Origin: Promethearchaeati archaeon SRVP18_Atabeyarchaeia-1
Lineage (GTDB): Archaea > Asgardarchaeota > Atabeyarchaeia > Atabeyarchaeales > Atabeyarchaeaceae
Length of the DNA: 64,000 bases
Direction: 5' to 3'
Assembly (NCBI GenBank): GCA_037308085.1
Contig: CP147779.1
Span: 672,001-736,000, forward strand
Shown here: in pieces, positions 8,426 through 18,652 of the stretch
How the letters are laid out: every line of letters begins with the position of its first letter
Numbering within the stretch: the stretch's first letter is position 1
Program-made: the position numbers and the translations under genes
Notes under the pieces: generated by a model
Seen by the model: the letters and a program-made list of their open reading frames with translations, nothing else
Told to the model about the DNA's origin: nothing
The model's database searches: none

Positions 8426-10129
8426 TTATACTGGGGCCTTCAGTCTAGTTATTATGATCGGCTCGGTCCACAACTTCATTTCCCCATCGTCCCTGGCAAT
8501 ATGTATGTTGACCAACCAGTTCTTGTTGTCAGTTTTCGGAAAGTCTCTTCTATAATGAGCCCCTCTGCTCTCGCTTCTCATCAAAGCCGATCTAGCAACC
8601 ATCTCTGATGTCAAGAGCATGTTAGGGATCTCGAGGGATTCGATCCATTCCTTATTGTAGCTGAGACTCTTGTTCCGGGTAGATATGCTTGATACTTCTC
8701 CTCTCATCTTGGTGATGCCATTCAGGGCGGCTTTCAGCGCGTCTGCAGTACGGAACATGCCCACATTCTCCCACATGAGTTTCTGCAAACGTTTCCTTAA
8801 CTCGATCGCGCTTGAACCGCCTTCTCTTTCCAATGGAGAATATAATTCAGTTTGCGCCGAATTGACCTGGGCCCTATCAATGCCGACATTTCCCTGTATA
8901 AACTCGGCCATCGCAGCCGCATTCTCTCCGGCTATCTTGCCAAATACCTGAGTATCCGCAAGGGCATTCCCTCCGAGCCTGTTCCCTCCGTGTACACCAC
9001 CAGTGACTTCGCCAGCAGCGAAAAGTCCCTTAATCCCAGTTTCAGCACGTTCGTTGATCTCAAGACCACCCATTAGATGATGAGCAGTAGGACTTACCTC
9101 CATCGGGTCGTTCCTTATGTCTACTCCTATCTTGAGAAACAGTTCCAGCATCGATTCAAGTTTCTCTTCTATTAGAATTGAAGGAAGGTGCGACACATCA
9201 AGGAACACGCCGCGGTGCTTGGTGCCTCGGCCTTCAAGAATCTCGTTTGCAATGCTTCTAGCTACTTCATCCCTCCCAGCAACCTCCATGAGTTTCGGAT
9301 TGTAGTTTCTCATGAAACGATCGCCGAGCCCGTTATATAGGATGCCGCCCTCTCCTCTGACGGCTTCCGTGACCAGAGTTCCACGGGCAGACTCAGGATA
9401 GACTACGCCTGTAGGGTGGAATTGAAATTGCTCCATGTCTACAAGATGCGCTCCGACGCCGTACCCAAGAGCATACCCATCCCCCGTGTCCTGCATGGCG
9501 TTGGTAGTAATGGAGTATATCCTTCCCGTACCACCAGTAGCCAGTACCACTGCCTTCGCTCTTAGAACAATGAAGCTTCCATCCTTTAGCTTGACTGCAG
9601 TGGCGCCGACAACTGCTCCTTTGCTAACGATGAGGCGCGACACGAAGATTTCGTCCATGACTCTTATGTCTCTTCTCCTGACCTCTTCAGCCAGAGTTAC
9701 CATCATCTCATGCCCAGTTCTATCGCTAGCGTAACATGTTCGTCTGTAGGTTTGTTTCCCAAACAACCTCTGCGCAATCTTCCCTTCAGCAGTTCGATCA
9801 AACAAACCCCCAAAATTCTCCAAGTCAAGAACGCGTTCAACTGCATCTTTCACTAATACTTCGACAAGGCGCTGGTTGTTTAGGTAGGCGCCTCCCTCGA
9901 CAGTGTCTTTGAAGTGAACGTCGGGGGTATCAGAAGGATCGACATTACCGAGGGCGGCATTGTAGCCTCCTTCGGCCATAATGGTGTGGGCTTTTCCAAA
10001 AAGCTCTTTGCTAAGCAAGGTCACTGTGACGTTGTGGTTGGAGGCCTCTATAGCGGCTCGGCACCCTGCGCCCCCGGCGCCCACGACGAGCACATCTGTA
10101 TCGACAAGCTCATAGTTCTCGATCAACAA
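8426..10129 (-). CDS. tfrA: Thiol:fumarate reductase flavoprotein subunit A
   Basis: GAGGAG FAD motif, AHTIMAEGG, QFHPTG, HGGNRLGGN, ESRGAHYR. Confidence 0.92.
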   Translation of the reverse strand: MLIENYELVDTDVLVVGAGGAGCRAAIEASNHNVTVTLLSKELFGKAHTIMAEGGYNAALGNVDPSDTPDVHFKDTVEGGAYLNNQRLVEVLVKDAVERVLDLENFGGLFDRTAEGKIAQRLFGKQTYRRTCYASDRTGHEMMVTLAEEVRRRDIRVMDEIFVSRLIVSKGAVVGATAVKLKDGSFIVLRAKAVVLATGGTGRIYSITTNAMQDTGDGYALGYGVGAHLVDMEQFQFHPTGVVYPESARGTLVTEAVRGEGGILYNGLGDRFMRNYNPKLMEVAGRDEVARSIANEILEGRGTKHRGVFLDVSHLPSILIEEKLESMLELFLKIGVDIRNDPMEVSPTAHHLMGGLEINERAETGIKGLFAAGEVTGGVHGGNRLGGNALADTQVFGKIAGENAAAMAEFIQGNVGIDRAQVNSAQTELYSPLEREGGSSAIELRKRLQKLMWENVGMFRTADALKAALNGITKMRGEVSSISTRNKSLSYNKEWIESLEIPNMLLTSEMVARSALMRSESRGAHYRRDFPKTDNKNWLVNIHIARDDGEMKLWTEPIIITRLKAPV

Positions 10130-10200
10130 TATCTCCTTCCCTAAGGACTATTGAATATTAGTATTGGCCAGAAACACTGTTACTCCTTCCGGCTCGCCAG

Positions 10201-10794
10201 CTAGGGGCTTCTCAAGCCGATTCTCTCATATATGTGCTGAACGTTCCTGCGAACATCACGCGCGACCTGTTCGTGCAGACTGTTACCCTTGGAATCTATG
10301 GTCACAACTACTGGCCCAAATTTCTCAACCTCAAATATCCACATTGCCTCAGCCATACCTAGATCTGACCACTCGACTCCTTTTACTCTCTTGATGCCTT
10401 TCTTCGCGATCAGCGCCGCGCCACCTGTGAAGGCGCAGTAGACCGCGCCGAACTTCTGGCATGCCTTGACCGTCTTTTCACCCATTCCTCCCTTGCCCAC
10501 TATCACTCTTACACCAAACTTCTCTATGAACTGATCTTCAAACAGATCCATCCTGGTGCTGGTTGTGGGACCAGCCGCTACCACGACCCTCTCGCCCTTG
10601 CTTTCCGAGACTATCGGACCGCAATGATATAAGGCAAGACCCTGGAGCGACAATGGAAGTGCCTTGCCATCCTTATCATACTGTAGCGCCCTCCTGTGAG
10701 CCTGATCCCGGGCTGTCACAAGAACCCCGTGAAGATACACTGTGTCTCCAATATTGAGTTTGTCGATATCATTTCTGGTGATAGGCGTCTTCAA
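10201..10794 (-). CDS. Class I fumarate hydratase / tartrate dehydratase beta subunit
   Basis: TARDQAH, GPTTSTRM, GKGGM motifs. Confidence 0.9.
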   Translation of the reverse strand: MKTPITRNDIDKLNIGDTVYLHGVLVTARDQAHRRALQYDKDGKALPLSLQGLALYHCGPIVSESKGERVVVAAGPTTSTRMDLFEDQFIEKFGVRVIVGKGGMGEKTVKACQKFGAVYCAFTGGAALIAKKGIKRVKGVEWSDLGMAEAMWIFEVEKFGPVVVTIDSKGNSLHEQVARDVRRNVQHIYERIGLRSP

Positions 10795-10815
10795 TTCAAA
10801 TGTACCCGTAGGTCT

Positions 10816-11703
10816 TCACCTCCAAAGGCTGTGAGTAAGATAGGTCACAGAACCATTCTTGTCAAGTCTAGCTGTGGACTTCCTCGCTGCCCAACACTGG
10901 ATCGCGCATGCAACGGGTAAAGAGGCAGTGTGGCATGAGGAAAGAAGTATCTTAACGCTTAGCGCCGTGTACTTTCCACCAAGCCCCTGGGGGCCGATAC
11001 CTGTCTCGTTTATCAATTCGTAAAGTTCCTTCTCGAGGGAAGCGATCTCTGAATCTGGGTTGTCTTCATCTAGCGGATTCGTCAAGGCCCTCTTTGCTAG
11101 ACCCATGACAACATCAGCTGTCCCACCGATTCCAACTCCGACAATAATGGGTGGGCATGGTTGACCTCCAGCTTCGGCAACGCTGTCAATGACAAATTTC
11201 TTCACGCCCTGTACTCCCTCTCCAGGTTTTAGCATCTTGAAGGTGCACATATTTTCGCTGCCAGCGCCTTTGGGGAAAACTGTCACAATCAAGTCGTCAC
11301 TGGTCTTGTCAATTTCCCACTCAATGTGTGGAACCCTTAAACCAGTGTTGTCTCCCGAATTTGCCCTCGTGATAGGGTGAACAACATTCGGGCGCAGCGG
11401 GATTTCAGTTGTTGCGCGTCGAAGCGCTTCTGTAAGCGAATCCTCAATCATGCCAATGGCTGGAAACCTAGACCCTACCTTTACATAAAATGAGATTATC
11501 CCAGTATCTTGGCACATCGGTAGCTTCAGCTTGTCAGCCAATTCGATGTTATCCAAGATTGTTTCAAGCTGGGTTCTACCTATCTCACTTTTTTCATCCT
11601 GGTAAGCCTTTCTCAGTCGATTCCTAACATCTTGTGGAAGGTCGGTGACTGCAAAAGAGATAAGCTGAAAACCCATGTTCTCGATAACTTTCGGAAATTC
11701 CAT
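10816..11703 (-). CDS. Class I fumarate hydratase / tartrate dehydratase alpha subunit
   Basis: PMCQDTG, KGAGSEN, PCPP, CHTASLP, CWAARK motifs. Confidence 0.9.
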   Translation of the reverse strand: MEFPKVIENMGFQLISFAVTDLPQDVRNRLRKAYQDEKSEIGRTQLETILDNIELADKLKLPMCQDTGIISFYVKVGSRFPAIGMIEDSLTEALRRATTEIPLRPNVVHPITRANSGDNTGLRVPHIEWEIDKTSDDLIVTVFPKGAGSENMCTFKMLKPGEGVQGVKKFVIDSVAEAGGQPCPPIIVGVGIGGTADVVMGLAKRALTNPLDEDNPDSEIASLEKELYELINETGIGPQGLGGKYTALSVKILLSSCHTASLPVACAIQCWAARKSTARLDKNGSVTYLTHSLWR

Positions 11704-11834
11704 TCTGCCTCACCCTTCAATGAACAAGATTATTAGACCAAATAACGTTTTCTTTTCAGACTTATAAGTTATGGTTGCATAGGTCAGCGCAGACCCTTGA
11801 GTCTGTGCTGACGCGAGAGGAGAGACGAGTTCCC

Positions 11835-12497
11835 ATGGGATCTTCTGTTGGAGAGAAATATCAGAGCCACGTCCTCCCAGTGATAATAGAGCATCTGGAG
11901 CCTGTTCTTGGAGAATGGATTTGGCTGGAATACCAGCATGCTTCGAGAATGGTCGGCGACAAGAACATCACGTTTGCCAATGTCAAGAACAAAAGGGAAG
12001 CACACAAGCTTAGAGAGATCGGCAAAGTCACACACAATAGCGTAGTCGAACTGAGAAATATCATCGGCATCTCGTTGGTTGTCCTCGACCCTCAAGCACC
12101 CGTAGAACTATCGCCTCGAGATTTTTCCCTTGATATATCTCTCGTAGTTGGAGGCATCTTGGGTGATCATCCTGCCAGAGGAAGAACAAGACAATCGATA
12201 ACCACGAAGATCCCAGAATCGCAGAGCCGGAACCTGGGACCCCATCAGTTCTCTGTGGACGGCGCGATATACGTGGCCTTGCAAGTAGCCGCTAATAGAG
12301 ATATCAGTGAGATACCTGTCGAAGTGGGGATGGAGGTGACGGTCAGCAAACGCCATACCGATCTTCTACCCTTCGCCTATCCCTTGGTAGAAGGGAAGCC
12401 ACTTCTGACCCCTGGGCTCCGCGAGTATCTAAGAAGGGGGATATCAAGAGACGAAGAAGTTCTGTTCAGAACAGGAAGACCTCGGTCAGTTGCCTAA
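11835..12497 (+). CDS. SPOUT-family methyltransferase, Sfm1/DUF431-like
   Basis: IIEHLE...WIWLEY, VLDP, GGILGDHPARGRT, RNLG..QFSVDGA. Confidence 0.85.
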   Translation: MGSSVGEKYQSHVLPVIIEHLEPVLGEWIWLEYQHASRMVGDKNITFANVKNKREAHKLREIGKVTHNSVVELRNIIGISLVVLDPQAPVELSPRDFSLDISLVVGGILGDHPARGRTRQSITTKIPESQSRNLGPHQFSVDGAIYVALQVAANRDISEIPVEVGMEVTVSKRHTDLLPFAYPLVEGKPLLTPGLREYLRRGISRDEEVLFRTGRPRSVA

Positions 12498-12504
12498 AAT
12501 AAGA

Positions 12505-13236
12505 CTAAAGCCCTCCTCCAGGCATCACCGTTATTCCCCTCGAGCTGACCTCGAATGGGTATCTTCTTAGTGAATGTGAACTAGCCCTAAGCTTCTGGGC
12601 GACCAGTGACCTTCTCAGTTCACCATCTTCTTCCCTCAGATACAGCACTAGCACACCTTGGGCAACGTACTCCTCGACTCCGTATCTCGACATCTGAGAG
12701 GATTCGTAGGGCATCTCGCTTGTGATGACCGAGGTGACGTTGAGCTCCCTCAACAGAGTTGATAGTTTATAGATCGAAGTCCGGATTGCGGTCGTGTCCT
12801 CAAATTTCAATCCAATTGCAGACAGAGAGTCGATCGCAACTCTCTGAGCGTCCACCTTGCGCGTTGCTCTGTAAATCTCCTGCGCGAGAATGTTCATGTC
12901 GAGCTCACGGTGGATAGCGTAAGCCTCATCAGACGGGATGCTCGCCTTGCTGGACGCTGCATCAATTATGACAAGCTTGTTCTTTTCCTCAAGCGCCCTC
13001 AGATCCCAATTGAACTGCCTAGCCTCCAACCTCAGTTCCTTTGGTCTCTCCTCGAAGGTAACAAATACACCTGGTTCGTTGTAAAGAGTCGCGCCGTTAT
13101 ACAGGTACTGAGCGCAGAAAATCGTCTTTCCGGTCCCCGTGCCACCGAGAACTAGGATGTTTGTTCCTTTAATGAATCCCCCGTGAAGAATGCTATCTAG
13201 ACCCGGTATACCTGTGGCCACCCGCTGCGCAGACAA
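12505..13236 (-). CDS. KaiC/RadA-like (RecA superfamily) ATPase
   Basis: TGIPGLDSILHGG, GGTGTGKT, VTFEE, IDSLS, KLR..SH. Confidence 0.9.
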   Translation of the reverse strand: MSAQRVATGIPGLDSILHGGFIKGTNILVLGGTGTGKTIFCAQYLYNGATLYNEPGVFVTFEERPKELRLEARQFNWDLRALEEKNKLVIIDAASSKASIPSDEAYAIHRELDMNILAQEIYRATRKVDAQRVAIDSLSAIGLKFEDTTAIRTSIYKLSTLLRELNVTSVITSEMPYESSQMSRYGVEEYVAQGVLVLYLREEDGELRRSLVAQKLRASSHSLRRYPFEVSSRGITVMPGGGL

Positions 13237-13265
13237 CCCTTTTCCTCTCCAACGGTCATTCTTGG

Positions 13266-13820
13266 CTAGATTGCCTTGACAACCTGCTCCTGAACCTTCG
13301 CCTCTTCTACAGAACTCTTCTCCAGAACTTCTTTGAAACTCTCAGTCGGTGGGCTAACTAGCTCCTCACCTTTTATTAGTTTTGATATTCTCCAGACATT
13401 TAAGTCGAGGACGTCTGGATCGCTACGTAGCCGAGATAGGATCCTGTCGAGTTCAAAATTGTTGCGTGCAACAACTAGCGCATATACGGATGTCCCCCCC
13501 TCGCCTGATGCTAGCAATCGTATGCTCGAATTGTTGCGAAGCGAGCCAGTTATCTCTTCTGCCCTCTTTATGCTGATGCTCGGAATAATGTGTCCTCCAA
13601 CGCTGATCCTAACAAGTGCAAAAGTTTCATATCCCAAGCTTGAAGGAGGGATCGAGACGGTAAAAGCCTTAATCACGTTGTTTTCTCTCAATTTCCTGAC
13701 CCTAAAATGGACGGTGGTATCGGGAACCTTGAGAATGTCAGATATCTTTGTGAATGGGACACGAGAATCTTCCTGAAGTATTGCTATTATTTTTTTGTCT
13801 AACTCATCCAGCTCCATCAT
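13266..13820 (-). CDS. Lrp/AsnC family transcriptional regulator
   Basis: HTH: LDELDKKIIAILQEDSRVPFTKIS...TVHFRVRKL. Confidence 0.9.
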   Translation of the reverse strand: MMELDELDKKIIAILQEDSRVPFTKISDILKVPDTTVHFRVRKLRENNVIKAFTVSIPPSSLGYETFALVRISVGGHIIPSISIKRAEEITGSLRNNSSIRLLASGEGGTSVYALVVARNNFELDRILSRLRSDPDVLDLNVWRISKLIKGEELVSPPTESFKEVLEKSSVEEAKVQEQVVKAI

Positions 13821-13941
13821 TCTTCACCCTTCGCCCTCTTGTTTGTGAAAGTAACAACAGATAACTCATTTTACTACCGATGATATTAAATGTTTCGTAA
13901 ATCGCTGAACAGATCTGAAGGCAATTATGCTGTTATATATC

Positions 13942-14235
13942 CTAGTAGTTGATCAAGGTGAACAGTATACCCGAAGTGACCAGGAAGATGAACAGGTACG
14001 TAATCAGACCTGAGAGGATCATCTTCTGAATCACTTTCCAAGTGCCAGCTCCCTTCGGCTGGGGGACCTTCAACACGAAGACCGCCACAGGATAGGTAGC
14101 TAAGTATATCAGCAACGCTATTCCCAGACCGATCTTGCCTATAGGCGTTGGAGAAGTGGAGCATACTAGAGCAGCTATCAAAGCAAATACCGCTTTCAAC
14201 CAGAAAAGTTTGTCATCATCTGTCATTTCAAGCAC
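13942..14235 (-). CDS. Three-TM EMC6/Rab5ip-like membrane protein
   Basis: About 95 aa with three TM segments; the C-terminal GLITYLFIFLVTSGILFTL resembles the EMC6 TM3 region. Confidence 0.55.
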   Translation of the reverse strand: MLEMTDDDKLFWLKAVFALIAALVCSTSPTPIGKIGLGIALLIYLATYPVAVFVLKVPQPKGAGTWKVIQKMILSGLITYLFIFLVTSGILFTLINY

Positions 14236-14280
14236 ACCGCCTGGGTGGGGTTGAACGTTTTGTCAAGGCCCAAGCATTCT

Positions 14281-16263
14281 ATGTCAAACTTCGATATAGC
14301 CATTTTGCTAAACGAAGAGCGTGAGAGTGTTATAGGCGCTTTCATTAATAACATTTACCAAATCAAAGAGCTTTTCTTGTTTAGATTGAACACGAAGTCT
14401 GGAGATAAAACACTTTTGATTGACCCGGGAAGCAGGATCCATCTAACCAAGTATGAAAGGTCCACCCCAAAGGCGCCAACGAATTTCTGTGCAGCTCTTA
14501 GGAAGCATATCAGGAATGGGCAGATTGACAATGTCACGCAATACGATCTCGATAGGATCGTCACGATACAAATTACAGCACACTCCAAAGAATACAAACT
14601 GGTTGTTGAGTTATTTGGAATAGGCAACTTGATCCTATGCGACTCGGAGGACAGAATAGTTCTAGGAAGGCACTATAGAATGATGCGTGACCGATCGGTG
14701 AAGCCAAAAGAAGTACTTACCCCGCCTCCACCGAGAGGAGCTGACCTATCCAGCTTGTCGGACGATTCGGTGGTATCGATCCTCGACTCATCGTCTTCTG
14801 GGGTTGTGGAAACGCTGGCAAGCAGGCTCAACATAGATCCATTGTACGCGGAAGAGATCTGTTCCGTTTCAAACACAGACAAGGCGCAAAAAGCAAAAGA
14901 TCTAGATAGAACAGGAAAAATGAGAATCGCCCAAGCCATACGAGTTATGCTTGACAAGGTCAGAAACGGTCCGTATGAACCCAAGTTAATTAGCAGCCCG
15001 ATGGGCGATCCCATCTCAGCGACACCGTTCAACCTCACTGTCTATAACGGCCTTCCTGCAAAGAAAATGCCAAGTTACAGCGACGCATTGGATGAATTCT
15101 TCGGCAGTGCCGAGGAGGGTGCAGCGAGAGGTCTAAAGCTTAGTGGTCACAAACAAGGAATTGAAGAAATAGAGAACACAATGAAGGAGCAACAGAAGAA
15201 AATAGATGAAACAGAGAAACTTCAGTCAGAGTACAGAAAGTTCGCGGATCTGATATACTCGAATCTGGCTCAGGTCAGCGAAGTACTGCTGGCATTAAGC
15301 TCCGCGAGGAAAAGGGGGGTTTCATGGCAAGAGATAGGGGACAAACTAAAAGAAGCGAAGAAGTCGGGTATCGCGCTGGCAGACAAAATCGCTTCAATTG
15401 ATGCAAAAGAAGGGGAGATTACGCTGGAGCTCGGCGGAGAAAGGGTGAAATTAAAAATCGGGCTTTCCGCTGGTGACAATGCGTCTATGTTCTACGAAGC
15501 TGCAAAGAAGGCTGAATTAAAGAAGAAGGGAGCAGAGTCTGCTCTTCAGAATGCGCTCAAGAAACTCAAAACGCTGGAAAGCGATGAAGTGTTGGACAAG
15601 GACGAAATTCTGAGAGAGAAACGCCAGAAAAAGTGGTATGAACGCTACAGATGGTTCATCTCCTCTGATGGTTTCCTTGTCATCGGGGGAAGGGATGCAA
15701 AAACCAATGACATAATTGTCAAGAAGAGACTTGAGCCTTACGACATATTTGTTCACGCCGACGTTCATGGCGCGCCGGTGGTTATTGTGAAATCCGATGG
15801 GAAAGAAGTTCCAGAGAGCACAATAGCAGAGGCGTGCTTATTCACAGTGTCATACAGCAAGTTATGGAAGGCTGGCGTCGGAGCTGGAGATGCATATTGG
15901 GCGAAAGGGGAACAGGTGTCACTCACTCCTCCTTCAGGTGAATATCTTCAGAAAGGTTCTTTCATGGTTAGAGGTCAACGCAACTATGTCAAAGGGATAA
16001 CGCTAAGAATCTCGATAGGCATAGTAGTCGATAATGACGGGAATGTGATCGTAGTGGCAGGTCCACCTCCCTCGATAAACAAGCGAACCGAAACGAAAGT
16101 CGATCTTGCACCGGGGGATGATTCTGGGTCCAAGTTGGCGAACCTAGTCAAATTCAGATTGACAAGGCTAGCCCCCTCCAACCTGAAGTCAGAGGTCGAG
16201 CGCATACCAATCGATGAATTCCTACTTGTTCTTCCGTCAGGAGGAGCAAGTATGGCAGAATGA
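14281..16263 (+). CDS. rqc2: Ribosome quality control factor Rqc2/NEMF (archaeal RqcH)
   Basis: NFACT-N (LRKHI, DRIV, ELFGIGN), coiled coil, NFACT-R (WYERYRWFISSDGFLVIGGRDA, HADVHGAP). Confidence 0.93.
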   Translation: MSNFDIAILLNEERESVIGAFINNIYQIKELFLFRLNTKSGDKTLLIDPGSRIHLTKYERSTPKAPTNFCAALRKHIRNGQIDNVTQYDLDRIVTIQITAHSKEYKLVVELFGIGNLILCDSEDRIVLGRHYRMMRDRSVKPKEVLTPPPPRGADLSSLSDDSVVSILDSSSSGVVETLASRLNIDPLYAEEICSVSNTDKAQKAKDLDRTGKMRIAQAIRVMLDKVRNGPYEPKLISSPMGDPISATPFNLTVYNGLPAKKMPSYSDALDEFFGSAEEGAARGLKLSGHKQGIEEIENTMKEQQKKIDETEKLQSEYRKFADLIYSNLAQVSEVLLALSSARKRGVSWQEIGDKLKEAKKSGIALADKIASIDAKEGEITLELGGERVKLKIGLSAGDNASMFYEAAKKAELKKKGAESALQNALKKLKTLESDEVLDKDEILREKRQKKWYERYRWFISSDGFLVIGGRDAKTNDIIVKKRLEPYDIFVHADVHGAPVVIVKSDGKEVPESTIAEACLFTVSYSKLWKAGVGAGDAYWAKGEQVSLTPPSGEYLQKGSFMVRGQRNYVKGITLRISIGIVVDNDGNVIVVAGPPPSINKRTETKVDLAPGDDSGSKLANLVKFRLTRLAPSNLKSEVERIPIDEFLLVLPSGGASMAE

Positions 16264-16437
16264 TAGACCCACTAATGTATGATCGCAATCCTCCAGAGAA
16301 CCGAATATTAGAAATAGATTCAATGCTACTCTGTCTAGTATTGTGTACTTTTGGTTCAGGCGGGGAAACGCTTCCTTGTCGGGAAGCCACCGAGGAATTT
16401 GAATCGTCTGTATCAAGGAAGAGGAGGGAGAATCCGA

Positions 16438-17241
16438 TTGCTCGTAAAGGAATTGATGACGAAGGAACCGGTAACAATAGATAAGGATCAACTCGTTTCT
16501 TTTGTAATAGACTTGATGAGAAAGAATAGGGTGTCCCGCCTGCTAGTCATTGACGGGGGTAACCTTGTAGGCATGGTCACGGAAAAAGACATCGTAGCGA
16601 GATTGGCTTCTACTAGGGATGGCGGATTGTCATCATCAGGTCTACGAGTTTCAAGTATCATGACTTCAGATCCAAGAACAATCTCCCCAGAAGCTGGCGG
16701 GATCGAAGCGGCAAAAGATATGATAGCACACGGCGTCAGTGGTTTGCCCGTTGTCAACTCAGGGGGAAAGCTGGTTGGCATTGTAACTAAGACGGGGCTA
16801 ATGAGGCTGTGCCTCTCTGTCAATAAGATCTATGTGGGGCAAGTCATGGACAGAGATCCGATTTCGATCTCTCCAAACGGGCGTCTGGTTAATGCCACTA
16901 GGCTCCTTCTGGAAAAAGATCTAAGCCTGCTTCCGGTGGTCGACGACGGCAAGCTGGCAGGCATAATTACTTACGGCTTAATAGCTCTAGCCATGTCTGA
17001 GATTAGGGAGAAAACCGACGGCAAACATATAGACAAGCAGATTCGTCAGATTACCGTTGGCAACGCCATGAGACCTGCCCCTCCAATATGCCGACCTGAC
17101 TCTAAGATCAAAGACGGAACAAAACTCATGATTGACGAGCGACTAAAGGGGCTGCCGGTCTTAGACTACAATGAGAGACTATCTGGTATCCTAACCAAAA
17201 CGAACCTAGCACAGCTGATCTGCAAGGAACTCAGAGTTTGA
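16438..17241 (+). CDS. CBS-domain protein (four CBS repeats)
   Basis: Repeated LPVV..G.LVGIVT motifs; start uncertain. Confidence 0.88.
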   Translation: MLVKELMTKEPVTIDKDQLVSFVIDLMRKNRVSRLLVIDGGNLVGMVTEKDIVARLASTRDGGLSSSGLRVSSIMTSDPRTISPEAGGIEAAKDMIAHGVSGLPVVNSGGKLVGIVTKTGLMRLCLSVNKIYVGQVMDRDPISISPNGRLVNATRLLLEKDLSLLPVVDDGKLAGIITYGLIALAMSEIREKTDGKHIDKQIRQITVGNAMRPAPPICRPDSKIKDGTKLMIDERLKGLPVLDYNERLSGILTKTNLAQLICKELRV

Positions 17242-17276
17242 GTAATATAGAACCAAATTTCCATGGTAAGATCCAT

Positions 17277-18626
17277 ATGAGGAGAGTAGAACTCAAGATA
17301 GTGAATTCAAGGCTTCTCGTAGGAGACGATTTTGTCGAGGCGGGAGTGGCCATAGAAGACGGAAAGATTACCAAGGTAGCAAAGGAGCCAAACCTGCCAG
17401 ATTCCGATATGACTATAGACGCGCGAAGCGCGGTCATGCTACCTGGCGTGGTTGACGTGCATGTTCATATGAGAGACATGGATCTTTCGTACAAAGAGGA
17501 TTTCTCATCTGGGACACAAGCTGCCGTAGCCGGAGGCGTAACTACAGTCCTCGACATGCCGAACACATCTCCACCCACGACTAGTCTAGAAAGACTCAAG
17601 GATAAAATGGGCAAAGCTGCAGGTCGGACATTCTGCAACATAGGTTTCTTCGGAGCGCTTGCGCTGGAACCAAATGAGTCAGACAAGATGGCGCGTGAGG
17701 GGGCCATCGGCTTTAAACTCTATCTCAATGACCCAAAGTACGACCGGCTGATGGACGAGGGTCTTCTTGCAAGAGTACTGGAGCCGCTAAGGGTGCTTGG
17801 TTCCACTCTTTCGGTACATGCTGAATTTCCCGAAGGGCAAACTGAGACGGCGAATGTGACTGGTGCAAGAAACGAGATAGATGAGTTCATCAGTTTGCAT
17901 GACCCCATACTTGAGATTCGCGCCGTGTCAAAGTGCGTTAGAATGGCAAGAGACTCGGGCGTACACACCCACGTGTGCCACTTGAGCACGGAAGCTGCGC
18001 TGACCATGGTGACGAAGGGTAAACTTGACGGGATTCCCATAACTGCTGAGGTTACTCCTCACCATCTTCTCCTATCCGAGGAAGCGCTGTACCGCTACGG
18101 CTCGTATGCAAAGATGGTTCCTCCCCTAAGAAGGGCAAGTGACGTCCGCAGCTTGGTTCAGGGCCTCGCGGACGGGCGACTGGATGCGGTAGCTAGCGAT
18201 CATGCCCCACATTCAAACGAGGAGAAGAATCTTGGGTTCACAAGCGCACCTCCTGGAGTGCCTGGGCTAGAAACTATGCTCCCTCTTCTGCTCACCGAGG
18301 TGTCTGAGGGCAGGTTATCGCTGGGCAGAATTATGCAAACTATGTGCGAGAATCCGCCGAGGCTGTTCAGACTTGGGAATCTGGGCAGAATTGCTGAAGG
18401 CTACAATGCAGATATTGTATTGGTCGATCTTAGGAAGGAGAAAGTGATAAACTCCAGCGATTTCTTCACAAAAGCAAAATACACGCCGTTTGAGGGGCGA
18501 AAGGTGAAAGGTGTCCCAGTCTTGACCATAGTAAACGGAGTCCCAGTTATGAGAGATGGAGAACTCATTAAGGAACGCGCTACAGGAAAGGTAGTCAAGC
18601 CTGTGGTGGGTGTGCCACCGCACTAG
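17277..18626 (+). CDS. pyrC: Dihydroorotase
   Basis: DVHVHMR, GGVTTVLDMPNT, EVTPHHL, SDHAPH. Confidence 0.88.
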   Translation: MRRVELKIVNSRLLVGDDFVEAGVAIEDGKITKVAKEPNLPDSDMTIDARSAVMLPGVVDVHVHMRDMDLSYKEDFSSGTQAAVAGGVTTVLDMPNTSPPTTSLERLKDKMGKAAGRTFCNIGFFGALALEPNESDKMAREGAIGFKLYLNDPKYDRLMDEGLLARVLEPLRVLGSTLSVHAEFPEGQTETANVTGARNEIDEFISLHDPILEIRAVSKCVRMARDSGVHTHVCHLSTEAALTMVTKGKLDGIPITAEVTPHHLLLSEEALYRYGSYAKMVPPLRRASDVRSLVQGLADGRLDAVASDHAPHSNEEKNLGFTSAPPGVPGLETMLPLLLTEVSEGRLSLGRIMQTMCENPPRLFRLGNLGRIAEGYNADIVLVDLRKEKVINSSDFFTKAKYTPFEGRKVKGVPVLTIVNGVPVMRDGELIKERATGKVVKPVVGVPPH

Positions 18627-18652
18627 GGATCTGTGCTCGGACAGTCAACGAG

